A stretch of 64,000 bases of DNA from Octopus vulgaris (GCA_951406725.2 OX597817.1:20956001-21020000); one strand, 5' to 3'. Counted from the stretch's first letter, positions 1 through 14,103 are shown. Numbers and translations: made by a program. The notes: generated by a model not told the origin, from the sequence alone.

Positions 1-337
1 GTTAGTTTTCCTATGGTTTCCGTGTTTCCAGAGTTTCCATTTTTAACCGAACACCGCCTATGGACATGTATTGATGTTTCTTTCGTACTTATAAATACTA
101 TTATTATTATTATTATTGATGTTTCGTCAATCAACTATTTCATAGGAGTTAGGATTATTTGCCGCTAGTCTTTCTCCTTTGGTTAGTTTTGTTATGGGCT
201 CGGTTTTAACAGCGTTTACATTTTTAACTGTATACTGCCCATGGATATATGCTGATGTTTCTTATGATTACAATTATTATTGACGCATGAGCGAGAGACT
301 GGAAAGAAACAGTAGTGTGTATATATATAGAGAAAGA
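1..337 (-). mobile_element. Possible 5' part of a non-autonomous Helitron with ~181-bp internal tandem duplication
   Basis: 1-120 and 182-285 are diverged copies (gttagtttt..catttttaac..atgga..tgatgtttc). The right end reads A|TCTTTCTCTATATATAT on the minus strand, like the Helitron 5' end at 13547. Confidence 0.35.
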
Positions 338-619
338 TCTTTTATAGATATGAATGTATATATAATTAAAATATAACATTTAGAAGTTTACTCATAGGTT
401 TGCAGTTTTCGTATAGACATGTTTTTACATTTTTCCGGACATCTTGCTGTAACGCATTTTCTGAGGGAAGCTACTTTCTCATCTGGAGGAAGATATTTCC
501 ATGTACTCCATATAAGAAAAAAATTCTTCAGATGGCTTACATTTAGATATGCTTGTCTTTCATTTCTTTTACGGATACCGAATTTCTGCTTCGTTATGGT
601 TTCAGATTTCATTTATATC

Positions 620-643
620 CTTCTTCTTCTTCTTCTTCTTCTT

Positions 644-710
<67 letters not shown>

Positions 711-737
711 CACTACCACCACCACCACCACTACTAT

Positions 738-809
<72 letters not shown>

Positions 810-901
810 CTCTTCTTCGTCTTCTTCTCCTGCTTTATCTTGTTCTTGTTCTTTTTGTTGTTGTTATTATTTTTCTTCTTCTTCCTCCTCTTCTTCTTCT
901 T

Positions 902-982
<81 letters not shown>
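620..982. repeat. Compound trinucleotide microsatellite (TTC)n/(TAC)n/(CAC)n/(TTA)n
   Basis: Directly visible; source of the spurious homopolymeric ORFs at 419-1058. Confidence 0.97.
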
Positions 983-983
<1 letters not shown>

Positions 984-1079
984 GGTAGTTTTATTTTTAT
1001 AGCGTGCTTTCACTTCACTACCGAGCGCAGCTCTGTGTGCCTTGGGTATGTGCTGTGATTTGTTGTGATGCTCTGATTG

Positions 1080-2381
1080 TTATTGTATGGAAAGTGTTCT
1101 GCGTAGGATATGTGCAGTGCCTAGTAGTGCAATTTTCTGTATGTTATATGTGTTTGTAAGTCCTGGTGTTTTTGTTATGTATTTGTCTGAATATTTTTTT
1201 ATCATGCCTAATGCACCTACTATGATAGGAATTGTTTCTGTTTTCAGATTCCACATTCTAGTTACCTCTATTTCCAGGTCTTTGTATTTTGAGAGTTTCT
1301 CCATTTCTTTTAGAGACACGTTGTCATCAGCCGGTATTGATACATCAATTAGAAAGCATTTTTTTCTTCATGATCTCTGACAACTATATCTGGTCTGTTG
1401 GCCTTAATTTCTCTATCTGTGTGTATCGGCATATCCCAGAGTATGGTTGCTTTCTCGTTTTCTGTGACCTTTTCTGGTGTGTGCCTATACCATCTTTTTT
1501 CTGTTGTTATTCCATAATGTTGGCATAGCTTCCAATGTATGTAGGTTCCAACTCTGTCATGTCTGTGAATATATTCCTTCTTAGCCAAGACTGGGCAGCT
1601 AGAGATAATATGATTTATTGTTTCTTGTCCATCTCCACATATTCTGCAGTTACTTGTAATATTTCTTTTCATTACATGTTTTTGGTAATTTCTGGTGGGG
1701 AGGCTTTGGTCTTGTGCTGCAATTAAAAATCCCTCTGTTTTTGTTTTGAGTCCTGAGCTTCTCAACCATTGCTGGAGTTTTTCTTTGTCTATTTCTTTTG
1801 CGTTTAGTTTAGTGCAGTATTTACCATGAAGGGGCTTTTCTTGCCATCGTTCTATCATGGTTCGTTGCTGTTCTATTTTTAGTTTGGATTTCATTTGTTT
1901 TATAGCTTTTGTTGTTTCTTCATCTTCTTCTTCTTCTTCATGTTTATTAGGTGGTATGATTTCTTGTTTGTATTTGTCAGCTTCCTTAAATACTGAGAAC
2001 ATTTTTTTTGTTTTGCTCGTGTTTTGCCGCTATCTGGATCAGTTTTCCTTCCTTCTGAAGTAGATATTTTTGCAGTCCTATGGTGGTTATTTTATAGTAG
2101 TTTTCCAGCTGTATAAGGCCTCTACCACCTTCTATACGTTGTATATATAGTCTTTCTATGTCAGATTTTGGGTGATGCATCCTAGATCCTGTCATTATTT
2201 TTCTTGTTTTCCTATCTATTTTGGTCAGTTCATTTCGTGTCCAGTTAAGGATATTGTCGCTGTAACTTATAACTGGGACAGCTAAAGTGTTGATACCTAT
2301 TATCTTGTTTTTAGCATTGAGCTCTGTGTTTAGTATTGATCTAACTCGTCTATAATATTCTTTTTTTATGTTCTCTTTCAT
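1080..2381 (-). pseudogene. Thumb, CCHC zinc knuckle and restriction-like endonuclease part of the Dong/R4 ORF, split over three frames
   Basis: ORFs 1986-2381, 1349-2002 and 1080-1319 join into one R4-like C-terminus. Confidence 0.85.
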
Positions 2382-2466
2382 TTGTGTGTGTTGTGTCTTA
2401 TCTAGTTCATGGATTCCTAAGTATTTGTAAGTTTGGCTTTGGTCTAATTCTGTTATTTCATTGGTT

Positions 2467-3486
2467 TTATGGTGTGATGTTGCTACTCTTAACTAGTTTT
2501 CCTCTTTTCATGGTTACTTTGGCGCATTTTTCTAATCCAAATTTCATATCTATTTCTTTGGAAAATCCATGAACTGTCTTTAATAGTGTTTCCAGCTGTT
2601 TGTCATTTGCAGTGTATAGTTTTAGGTCATCCATATATAAAAGGTGGCTGATCGTTTTGCCGTAACATTTATATCCGCATCCAGTTCTATTTAGCATATC
2701 AGATAGAGGTGACAGTGCCAAGCAGAAAAGGAGTGGAGAGAGTATGTCTCCCTGGAATATTCCTCTTCTAATGGGGATGTCTTTGGTTTTCATGAGTCCC
2801 TCTTTTGTTTGGAGGTGTAGGACTGTTTGCCATTTATTCATAGAGTGCTCTATGAATTTTATGATTATTGGTGCTACTTTGTTAATGGCTAGTGTTTCGA
2901 GGATCCATGTGTGGGGGATGCTATCAAACGCCTCTTTATAGTCAATCCAGGCCATACTGAAGCCTTTCTTCTTTCTGTGGCTGTCTTCAGTTATGGCTTT
3001 ATTAATCATTAGTTGATCTTTACAGCCATATGAGCCTTTGCGGCATCCTTTCTGCTCTTCTGGGAACAGTTTGTTTTCGTCCAGGTGCTTGTTCAGCCTT
3101 TGTGATATCACTGCAGTAAATGCCTTGAACATAGTAGGGAGGCAGGTTATTGGTCTGTAGTTTTCTGGTTTTTCTGTTTCATTTGATTTGGGAATTAAGG
3201 TGGTTTTCCCCTTCGTGAGCCATTCAGGCATTGTCTCTGGCTCTGCTAGTACTTTGTTAAAGTTTTCAGCCAGCTTTTTGTGCATTCCTGTTAGATATTT
3301 CAACCAGAAGTTGGGGATCTTGTCATGCCCAGGTGCCTTCCAGTTGCTTAGTCTTTGCAGTGCCTGGGTGACCTCTTCAGTTGTTATGGGTGTCCAAAGT
3401 TGTTCAGATACCGAGTTTGTTATTCTGATACTCCTCTTTTTTGGTGGTTCGTTCGCCGACCATATTTCTCCCCAGAATTCTTCCAA
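2467..3486 (-). CDS. Reverse transcriptase portion of the Dong/R4 ORF (disrupted element)
   Basis: 339-aa ORF with non-LTR RT motifs including YMDD. Confidence 0.85.
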   Translation of the reverse strand: MEEFWGEIWSANEPPKKRSIRITNSVSEQLWTPITTEEVTQALQRLSNWKAPGHDKIPNFWLKYLTGMHKKLAENFNKVLAEPETMPEWLTKGKTTLIPKSNETEKPENYRPITCLPTMFKAFTAVISQRLNKHLDENKLFPEEQKGCRKGSYGCKDQLMINKAITEDSHRKKKGFSMAWIDYKEAFDSIPHTWILETLAINKVAPIIIKFIEHSMNKWQTVLHLQTKEGLMKTKDIPIRRGIFQGDILSPLLFCLALSPLSDMLNRTGCGYKCYGKTISHLLYMDDLKLYTANDKQLETLLKTVHGFSKEIDMKFGLEKCAKVTMKRGKLVKSSNITP

Positions 3487-3579
3487 TTCTTCTGCCGTTG
3501 GTGCTGCAGTGACTTCTATTTTATTTTTTCCCAGTTCTTGGTAGAACTTTTTGGGGTTAGAGTTGAACTTTTTGTTTTC

Positions 3580-3647
<68 letters not shown>

Positions 3648-3663
3648 CATCATCATTATTATT
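3580..3663. repeat. (TTA)n microsatellite
   Basis: Visible; separates two Dong/R4 copies. Confidence 0.97.
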
Positions 3664-3669
3664 CTGAAA

Positions 3670-4460
3670 GACTCCCGGATAGTTCTTAATTACCGGTCAT
3701 ACTTTACTTGAAAATAGGCAATAACAAATAACCAAAGATTTCCAGAAGTGCCTTCTCTTGTGACTCAAAGAGGCAGTGCGCTCCTTAGAATGCAACTGTC
3801 TTCCCGATCACTTCAAGCCTGACAGCAGCTCCGATATATTTAATATGTTTTTTCAAATCTCTTGTAAACTGCTGCCAGTTCTCCAATTACCACCTGTATC
3901 ACCATTATTTTCCTCGTGCCCCATAACTTTGCTATCTCGTCCCGCAGTGGCTGTTATTTCACACTCTTCTCTGTTTCCTTACAATTCACCCACGAATCGC
4001 CAGGTTTTTGTAACATCTATTATTTTTGCTTCTTTTTTCATCTTCATGGATGAGCACGATACCTGGCTGCCTCGCCTCTATGACCTGGTCGCACAGAATG
4101 TTAAAATCTCAGATTATTTTGTAATGTTCGTTTTCCATTACTCCCTCTGGCTTGTGTTCATACCATTGTTCGGCTTCTCTCTCGGTTTGCTTTACCGCAC
4201 AACAACCAGTGGACATATCTTGCCACATTGTCGTGACTCCTTTTGTTCTCGCGTTGTGTGAGTTTACGGCATTCACTAACATGGCTTATACTTTCTCCCT
4301 TCTCAGAGTACATCCTACACTCTGGCGAGTTAGTGCTTTTGTCAACGTGATATTTGGAATAGTTTGTTCTGAGAGTTTGTTCTTGAGTGCTGCACACTAA
4401 TACCTTAGTGGGTCCTTTTAAGTCTCCTTTCTGCAGACATTGCCAAGTCCCCTTCCAATA
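3670..4460 (-). mobile_element. Older degraded R4/Dong 3' fragment (CCHC/RLE region)
   Basis: ORF 4158-4397: QEQTLRTN..CRM..E.I.H.VSEC..L...HDNVARYVHW.LC; flanked by (TTA)n. Confidence 0.8.
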
Positions 4461-4469
4461 TTATTCTTG

Positions 4470-4586
4470 CTATTATTATTATTACTATTAATATTATTAT
4501 TATTATTATTATTATAAATATTATTTTTATCATTACTGTTGTTGTTGCTGTTGCTGTTGTTGTTGTTATCATTATCATCATTATTA

Positions 4587-4662
<76 letters not shown>

Positions 4663-4706
4663 CATTACTATTATTATTGGTGCTGTTGTTGTTGTTGCTG
4701 TTGTTG

Positions 4707-4765
<59 letters not shown>

Positions 4766-4784
4766 ATTATCATTATTATTATTA

Positions 4785-4872
<88 letters not shown>
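4470..4872. repeat. (TTA)n/(TTG)n compound microsatellite
   Basis: Visible. Confidence 0.97.
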
Positions 4873-4873
<1 letters not shown>

Positions 4874-5629
4874 TCACGCTACACCATGAGGAAACGCATA
4901 CCTAGACATCTCTCCGTTTATCCATCCATCTATCCATCAATGCAGCCGTCTATCCATCCCTCTCAAACTTTAAGTGAAGAACTTCTTAAACTCTACATGA
5001 AGTATACTCTGATTTAGAGCATTTGCAACAGTTTGTGTTTCTGAAGTGTGTAAATCTGTGATTTTAGACATAATTTAATTAAACACAACTCTAACAAACT
5101 CTTTTCAATGCTGCATTCATTTGCAAATGTTTTTGTAAGTTTCTGTGAGTACATTCCTAATTACATATATACATTATGTAATAAATAGAAGCGAAATACG
5201 TAAGATGTCCATTTTTTTCTTCTGAACAATACATAAAAATATTTAGTATCAGGTCTAGTGAATCTTCTCATTTTTAGTGAAGAAGCAATCCATATTTCGA
5301 AATTTCTCTGTAGTTGTACTTGTTCTTCAGTTCTTATATAAGTAATATCGGAACAAGTTTTATTGATAACATAAAATATATACTGTCAATAACAAGAATA
5401 ATAATTTCACCACTGCATGTTTCTGAATGAGTAGTTGGGAATAAAAAACGAAAAATTTATATCTTTGCGCATGCATAATGTTCGCGTGCATTTCAGATAA
5501 CATTAAAACAAATGTAAAAACGGGTTTACGAAGTATACTTACAACAAAAGTCAAAATGTTTTTTTTGAATGAGGTTATCAGAATATTGCACAAGGTATTT
5601 AAAAAAAATAACTGACCTGGTTTTACTTG

Positions 5630-5771
5630 TATTTCAGTGAAAGAAATATGGAAAATCAGGTTTGATCGAATATCATAATCCTTATCTCTACCTGACTGAT
5701 CTGACAGAATTAAAAGCCAAAACCCCACTCCACATTACACCAAGTATTTTGCATCATGTTCACTTTTGGTG
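5630..5771 (+). repeat. 142-bp local duplication, copy 1 (copy 2 at 6827-6968)
   Basis: tatttcagtgaaagaaatatgg...cacttttggtg recurs with about 5 mismatches. Confidence 0.92.
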
Positions 5772-5829
5772 CTAGGTCAAACTGAAAAAATCTAATCAAA
5801 ACGCATGCAAATGATAAACGAAAATATAA

Positions 5830-7382
<1,553 letters not shown>

Positions 7383-7786
7383 TTGAAAGAGGGGATATGT
7401 ATATTCACTGGTGCCGTTAAATAAATTGGTTCACGTGATTCAGATGACGTCAAGTCGCACACAAATGACAGGAAGAGGGAGGTTGCTCTTGTTCCACTTA
7501 GTCCATTCTAGAGATGGGACTAAACGGACGAGGCGTACATAAAAAGACGGAAAGTGTCAGTAAAGTCACAGATGTGTGACCAAGGATTTCCGTACAATGG
7601 ATATGAATTAAATAAGAACAGTAACTAACGATTGAAGAACTAATATATAGTGCGTGTATCTATTTAGCAAAACAAAGGCCATCTCTAATCACAACAATAT
7701 AGATGCACACACACACAGGCACGCACACAAACATACATCCATATACACACATATATAACTTGAATCTGTTACATATATCTTGTATC

Positions 7787-7945
7787 ATTTTCAGTCAAAA
7801 AACTGTGGCTATCCAGTGAGATTGCCTTCTAGAATGTTTAATCGCATGAATCGACCCCAGTACAATTTTTTTAATGTGGTACTTAATCTATCGATTACTT
7901 TTGCGAAAGTGCTAAATTACAGGGACGCGAATACAAATATTGAAA
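7787..7945 (-). mobile_element. Degraded 3' half of a CORE-type SINE
   Basis: Diverged match to tttcagtc..gcggcc..tcgacccc..acttattctatcg..tttgccgaaccgctaa of the other copies. Confidence 0.55.
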
Positions 7946-7951
7946 TCGCAT

Positions 7952-7992
<41 letters not shown>

Positions 7993-8024
7993 ATATACAC
8001 ACACATATATATATATATATACAA

Positions 8025-8364
<340 letters not shown>

Positions 8365-8464
8365 ATCCAAACAAGAAAACACAGAACAAAAGAGAAAAAA
8401 CACAGCAACGCAGGACGTGGAACAATTAAAGTATTATTGACGCTCAGGAAAGAAGGGAAGGAGG

Positions 8465-8499
8465 GTTTAACGTTTCGAGCGGAGCTCTTCATCGGAAAC
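8465..8499 (-). ncRNA. Minimal type-I hammerhead ribozyme, family A (core variant CCGAUGA)
   Basis: GUUU-CCGAUGA-A-GAGC UCC GCUC-GAA-ACGU-U|AAAC: stem I GUUU/AAAC, stem II GAGC/GCUC, palindromic ACGU stem III. Confidence 0.7.
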
Positions 8500-8648
8500 A
8501 AGGAGAAGGAAAGATCCCAAGGAGGGAAGACAGAGAAGACAATATTTGAGCTGGTGGTGCTTAAGAGATCACATGTTGAAAAGAACAGAATTTGGCGGTT
8601 GTTGAAAAATGGTTTTATAATGCAAGAGAGTTCCAAAAAAAGGGAATG

Positions 8649-8692
<44 letters not shown>

Positions 8693-8819
8693 AAGATGAC
8701 AAGTGTGTTTGTGCGTACGTGTGTGTGTGTGTGTGTATTTTTGGTGAATAGAGGTAATGACAAAGCCAGCTGTGGTGATGACTGCTAGCTGTTTGTGTCA
8801 AGCTAGGTCAAAGCCAGGT

Positions 8820-10533
8820 CAAAAAACATCATAATGTGTGTGTTGTTTGTTGTGTGTGTGTGCTTGTGTGTGTTCGTGTGTGTATGCGTAGAGTGTGGGT
8901 GTGTGGCGTAACCTAGTACGTGTGTGCTTGTACATGCCTGTGTGTGTAGGGGGATGTATATGTGGGTTCATTTGTGTGAGAATGTATGTATGTGCGTGTA
9001 TGTGTGCGTTTGTATGTGTTTGTGTGTAGGTGTGCGTGCGCGGATAGGTGTATATTGTGTATGTATATCTATCGTTGTGTATGTGAGTTTCTGTGTGTGT
9101 ACGTGCGTGCGAGTGAATGTATGTATATATGTGTGCGTGTGTGTACAATGTAGGGCTTATATGTGTGTTTATATGTGTGTGTGTATGTATGTGTGTATGT
9201 GTATGTATGTATGTATATATATGCGTGTGTGTATGTATGTATGTTTGTATGTGTGTGTATGTGTGTATGCATGCGTGTGTGTATGTATATATTTGTGTAT
9301 GTGTGTGTATGTGTGTATGTATGTATGTGTGTGGGTGTGCATGTGTGTGTGTATGTATACGTATGTACGTACGTATGTATGTATGTGTGTATGTATGTAT
9401 GTATGTACGTATGTGTGTATTTTTGCATGCGTGTATGTGTGTATGTGCGTGTGTGTACATATGTATATTTATGTATGTGTGTCTATGTATGTATTTATGT
9501 ATGTAGTGTATGTATGTGTGTGTGTATGTATGTATGTGTGCATGCGTGTATGTGTGCATGTGTGTGTGTTTGTATGTATGTATATATATGTGTGTGTATG
9601 TGTGTGTGTATGTATGTATATGTGTGTGTATGTATGTTCGTATGTATGTATGTGTGTGTATGTGTGTGTATGTATGTATGTACGTGTGTGTGTATGTATG
9701 GGTGTGTATGTATGTGTGCATGCGTGTGTGTGTATGTGTGTGTGTATGTGTGCGTGTATGTATGTATGTATATGTATGTTTGTGTATGTATGTATCTATG
9801 TATGTTTGTTTGTATGTGTGTATATATGTATGTATGTGTGTATGCGTGTGTGTATGTGTGTATGTATGTGTGTAAGTGTGTATGTATGTGTGTATATGTA
9901 TGTATGGACGGGTGTATGTGTGTAAGTGTGTGTGTGTATGTGTATGAGTATGTATGTATGTATGTATATGTACGCGTGTGTGTATGTATGTATGTGTGTA
10001 TAGTATGTGTGTGTGTATGTATGTATGTGTGCATGCGTGTATGTGTGCATGTGTGTGTCTGTATGTATGTATATGTATGTGTGTGTATGTATATATGTGA
10101 CTATGTATGTATGTGTGTATGTATGTGTGTATGTGTATGTATGTGTGTGTATGTATGTATGTAGCTGTGTGTGTATGTATGTGTGTATGTATGTGTGTAT
10201 GTATGTATGTGTATATATGTATGTGTGCATGCGTGTATGTGTGTGTGTGCGTGTGTGTACGTATGTGTGTATATGTATGTGTGTGTATGTATATGTATGT
10301 ATTTGTGTATGCATATATGCATGTGTGTATGTGTGTGTATGTATGTGTGTATTTGTGTATGTGTGTGTGTATGTATGTATGTATATGTATGTGTGTGTAT
10401 GTATGTATGTATGTATGTGTGTATGTATGTATGTGTGTATGTGTGTATGTATGTATGTATGTATGTATGTATGTATGTATGTGTGTGTATGTATGTGTGC
10501 GTGCGTATGTGTGTGTATGTATGTGTGTGTGTA

Positions 10534-10564
<31 letters not shown>

Positions 10565-11090
10565 GTGTATGTATGTATGTATGTGTGTATGTATGTATGT
10601 GTGTATGTATGTGTGTGTGTGAATGTATGTATATGTGTGTATGTATTTTTTGTGTGTATGTATGTGTGTATGTATGTATGTATGAATGTATGAATGTATG
10701 TATGAATGTATGTATGTATGTATGTGTGCGTGTGTGTATGTATGTATGAATGTATCTATGCATGTATTATGTGTGTGTACGTATGTATGTGTGTGTGAGA
10801 ATGTATACGTGTGGGGTGTTTGGAGTTGTGTGGGCGTAAGGTACATGTGCGTGTGTGCGCTTACGTGCGTGTATCTGTGCGTCCCATCTAGGTGTTTATA
10901 GGTGTGTGCGTTTCTGTATGAGTATTGTCCCTGGTGTGTGTGCACGGGCATGTGTGTGTGTGCACGTGGGGGTGTGGGGTGTGTGTATGGGTGTGGAAGT
11001 ATGTGTGCGTACATGTGCATGTACGTTGTGTGTGTGTGGTGTGTTGGGAGTAGTTGTGTTCGTGGGTACGTGAGTATGTGTGTGTGACTG
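8820..11090. repeat. ~2.3-kb degenerate (TG)n/(TATG)n low-complexity tract
   Basis: Visible; source of the His/Thr/Tyr and Val/Cys/Met pseudo-ORFs. Confidence 0.97.
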
Positions 11091-11164
11091 CATAAGGACA
11101 ATTATAAAAATTAAAAAACTTAAAAATAAATAATAATTAATAAACAAAAAATAAAAAATAAAAA

Positions 11165-11580
11165 TTAAAAGATGCGGGGGGAGAAGTGAAGCGCAGTCAC
11201 TAAGAGGAGTCCGTGTGGGGTTAGAGTCCGTAGAAGGAATATGAACCGTTGCTCCAAGTGAAGCCTAGATTGGGGAGAGCCGTTGTGTGGGGCAAGACCA
11301 AACACCGAGATGTCATCGGGGGAATGGCTGGCTGAGCGGAAGTGCCGTGCGACGGGAGAATTGGAAAATAGACGAACATCCCACAGATGCTCGGTGAATC
11401 GGTCTGACAACCGGCGTCCCGTCTGTCCTATATACAGCATCCTGCAGCGGTTGCATTTAATGCAGTATATGAGTCCAGACGAGGTGCACGTAAAGGAATA
11501 CCCGATACGTACAGTTCGGCGGTTGGAACCGGTGACAGCAGTGGTGTTGGTGATGAAGGGGCAGGTGTTGCAGCGGGATC
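11165..11580 (-). pseudogene. Penelope GIY-YIG endonuclease domain
   Basis: RCNTCPFI..SFTCTSSGLIYCIKCNRCRMLYIGQTGRRLSDRFTEH..VARHF..H...R..LEQRFIF.L.TL.P.GL. Confidence 0.9.
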
Positions 11581-12965
11581 TGGATCATGGGAAGGATCTG
11601 AGTGGGGCCGAGGGGGAAGAAGGGAGGGTGCTACGGACCAGGAGGTCGCGTAGATTCTGGGCTCGTTTGAAGGAGGACAGGGGTGGGTTGGGGAAAATGG
11701 GGTGGGTCGTGGAATCGAGCTGGAGACGACGGAAGGCACGAAGTAGAGTAGAGGAGTGGAAAAGGAGGGGAAAGTGGGTGCGGTTGGGGGGGGGTGATTG
11801 GAAGGAGAAAGGGCGGTGGTGCGGTCGATACGACGAGCGCGGGCGAAGGCGTTCAAGACCAGGGTAGGTGGGTATCCTCGAAGCCTGAACAGGCGGGCCA
11901 GGTATTGAGACTGGGTCTCGAAATCCTGGTAGGGGCTGCACAAGCGTCGGAGGCGGAGGAACTGGGTGTAGGGGATAGCCCGTTTGGTGTGGAAGGGATG
12001 GGAGGAGGAGAAGTTGAGATAGAGGTGGGAATCCGTGGGTTTGAAGAAGGCGGAGGTGGTGAGAGAGTGGGAGGGGTGGTCGATGCTGAGTAAGATATCT
12101 AGGAAGTTAACGGAAGTATTGGATATGGTGGAAGTGAATTGTAGAGAGGGGTGGAAGTTAGAGAGGACAGAGATGAAGTGGCAGAGTTGTTCGCGGGAAA
12201 GGGAGGTGGCGCCTATACATTCGTCTATGTAACGACCGTATAGTTCTGGGGTCGGCCCGGAGAATTGGGAGAATACTTGGGCCTCAATGTAGCCAACAAA
12301 GAGATTGGCGAAATTGGGACCCATTCTCGTTCCCATCGCGACCCCGGACTGCTGTTGGTACGTTTCCCCGGCGAACGTGAAACAGTTGAGGGTTAGGACG
12401 AGCTCTGCCAGGCGGAGGAGGGTGGGGGTTCTAGGGGTGGGGTCGGGGCGACGGTCGAGGAAGTGTTGGAGAGCTAGGAGACCGTCGTTGTGGGGAATCA
12501 CCGTATACAGTGATTTGATGCCAAGGGTGAAGAGGAGGTGTGAGGGGCTGGAAAGGAAGGAAAAGGAATTGAAGAGACGGAGGGCGTGGTTGGTATCATG
12601 TATGTGGGAAGGGAGGGATTTGACTAAAGGGGACAGGATGCGGTCGAGGTATATGGGAAATGTGTTCAGTAGGGCAATTACAGGCGGAAACAATGGGGCG
12701 GCCAGGGGTATTGGGCTTATGAATTTTGGGAAGGAAATAGATGGTGGAGGTGCGGGGTGTGCGGGCGATGAGGTTGGTGGCGGTGGGGGGGAGAGCAGAA
12801 GAAGAGATGAGATCACGGATAGTGGAGGCCACTCGCTGTTTGTAGGAAGAGGTGGGATCAGAGGGGAGGAGGCGATAGGAGAGGGGATTTTGAAGCTGGC
12901 TGAGCGCTTCCTCCCTGTAGAGATCCGCGCGCCATACCACCACTGCTCCGCCTTTGTCCGCCGGT
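11428..12965 (-). pseudogene. Penelope reverse transcriptase (frameshifted; catalytic motifs mutated)
   Basis: ORFs 12596-13027 and 11428-12816 join; LFTLG (expected D) and YIDE (expected YIDD). Confidence 0.9.
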
Positions 12966-12980
12966 TGTTCCATATTCAAC

Positions 12981-13021
<41 letters not shown>

Positions 13022-13169
13022 GTTCACCGCCTTTTGCGAATAGCACCTGCAAAAAACTTCCTCACTTCACTGTGAGTTAAGACCCTGAGAGTCACAGGCA
13101 AGTGAGACAAGTTAACTACGATCCCATTAAGGAGTGAGGAATACTGTTATGTCCACATTTTATAGCTTA

Positions 13170-13547
13170 CTAGCAGTATCGCCCGGCGTTGCTCAGGTTT
13201 GTAAGGGAAATAACTATAAAGCATTTTTAGAGAGTTATAGCCAAAAAATAGCAAAAAAAAGGGAAAAAAATGATGGTAAATTTTTTTTTTAGTTAAAAAA
13301 GGGTGGAGTTGCGTCCCCTAGACAGTTTGTGTTTCTGATTCTGGACCCCATTTCGAATTTATCGATTTTTTTCAGAACTGGGGGAACTTTTCAAAATTTT
13401 CACTTCGTTAGTTATGAATTATGACATTGGGCTATGTGTGTGTCAAGTTTCATCAGAATCGGTTGAAAGCTGTGGTCAGGGTGAGGGTACAAGCAAACAG
13501 ACACACAGAAACACGCACAGACAAACTGCCGTTTATATATAGAGAGA
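13170..13547 (-). mobile_element. Non-autonomous Helitron (~380 bp)
   Basis: 5' A|TCTCTCTATATATAAAC, internal (GTCT/GTGT) repeat and CCGATTCTGATGAAACTT, 3' hairpin CCTGAGCAACGCCGGG then CTAG|T; A/T target with no TSD. Confidence 0.85.
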
Positions 13548-13642
13548 TTTACATTACTTAACTGAATCGAACCTGAGAGTTTTGACAATATAGAAATACC
13601 GTAAAAACTATTTCCTAGTTTGCCACAAAGATCCATAGATAT

Positions 13643-14058
13643 TTACTCTTTTACTTTTTATTCTTTTACTTGTTTCAGTCATTTGATTGCGGCCATGCTG
13701 GAGCACCGTCTTTAATCGAGCAACTCGACCCCAGGACTTATTCTTTTGTAAGCTCAGTAATTATTCTATCGGTCACTTTTGCCGAACCGCTAAGTAACAG
13801 GGGCATAAACACATCAGCATCGGTTGTCAAGCAATGCTAGGGGGACAAACACAGACACACAAACACACACACGCATACATATATATACATATGTACGACG
13901 GGCTTATTTCAGTTTCCGTCTACCAAATCCACTCATAAGGCTTTGGTTGGCCCGAGGTTATAGTAGAAGACACATGTCCAAGGCGTCACGCAGTGGAACT
14001 GAACCCGGAACCACCTGGCTAGTAAAAAAGCTACTTACCACACAGCTACTTCTGCGCC
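13643..14058 (-). mobile_element. CORE-type tRNA-derived SINE (octopus OR-like), full length
   Basis: tRNA-like head with GGTTCAGTTCC B box, CORE-like CCTTGGACATGT, internal (TA/TG) linker, tail CCAGCATGGCCGC..GACTGAAAC(AAGTAAAAG)n. Confidence 0.9.
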
Positions 14059-14059
14059 T

Positions 14060-14103
14060 ATGAATAAGTTATGAATAAGTTATGAATAAGATATGAATAA
14101 GTT
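14060..14103. repeat. 4 x 11-bp tandem repeat ATGAATAAGTT abutting the SINE 5' end
   Basis: Visible. Confidence 0.85.

Larger units (their letters stand above)
983..3581 (-). mobile_element. R4/Dong-clade non-LTR retrotransposon (RT + CCHC + RLE endonuclease), 5'-truncated, frameshifted, inserted in (TAA)n
   Basis: Consecutive minus-strand ORFs carry RT (APGHDKI, NYRPITCL, GIFQGDILSP, LLYMDDLKLY), CRIC..H..SSC knuckle, RHDRV, RPDIV, EKLSKYKDL and IIVGALG. ~100-nt 3' UTR; (TTA)n on both flanks. Confidence 0.93.

Noticed and set aside
419-1058. Poly-Leu, poly-Tyr and poly-Thr ORFs (also 4405-4889, 31842-32185, 33779-34317)
   Set aside because: Trinucleotide microsatellite artefacts.
8819-11101. 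760-aa His/Thr/Tyr-rich ORF and overlapping Val/Cys/Met ORFs
   Set aside because: Translation of the degenerate (CA)/(TACA) repeat; open in several frames on both strands.
11283-13075. Plus-strand ORFs of 194 and 256 aa
   Set aside because: Antisense shadows of the GC-rich Penelope ORF.
13824-14063. Recurrent [11 protein letters not shown]../[11 protein letters not shown] peptide, apparently a gene family
   Set aside because: Antisense translation of the CORE-type SINE.
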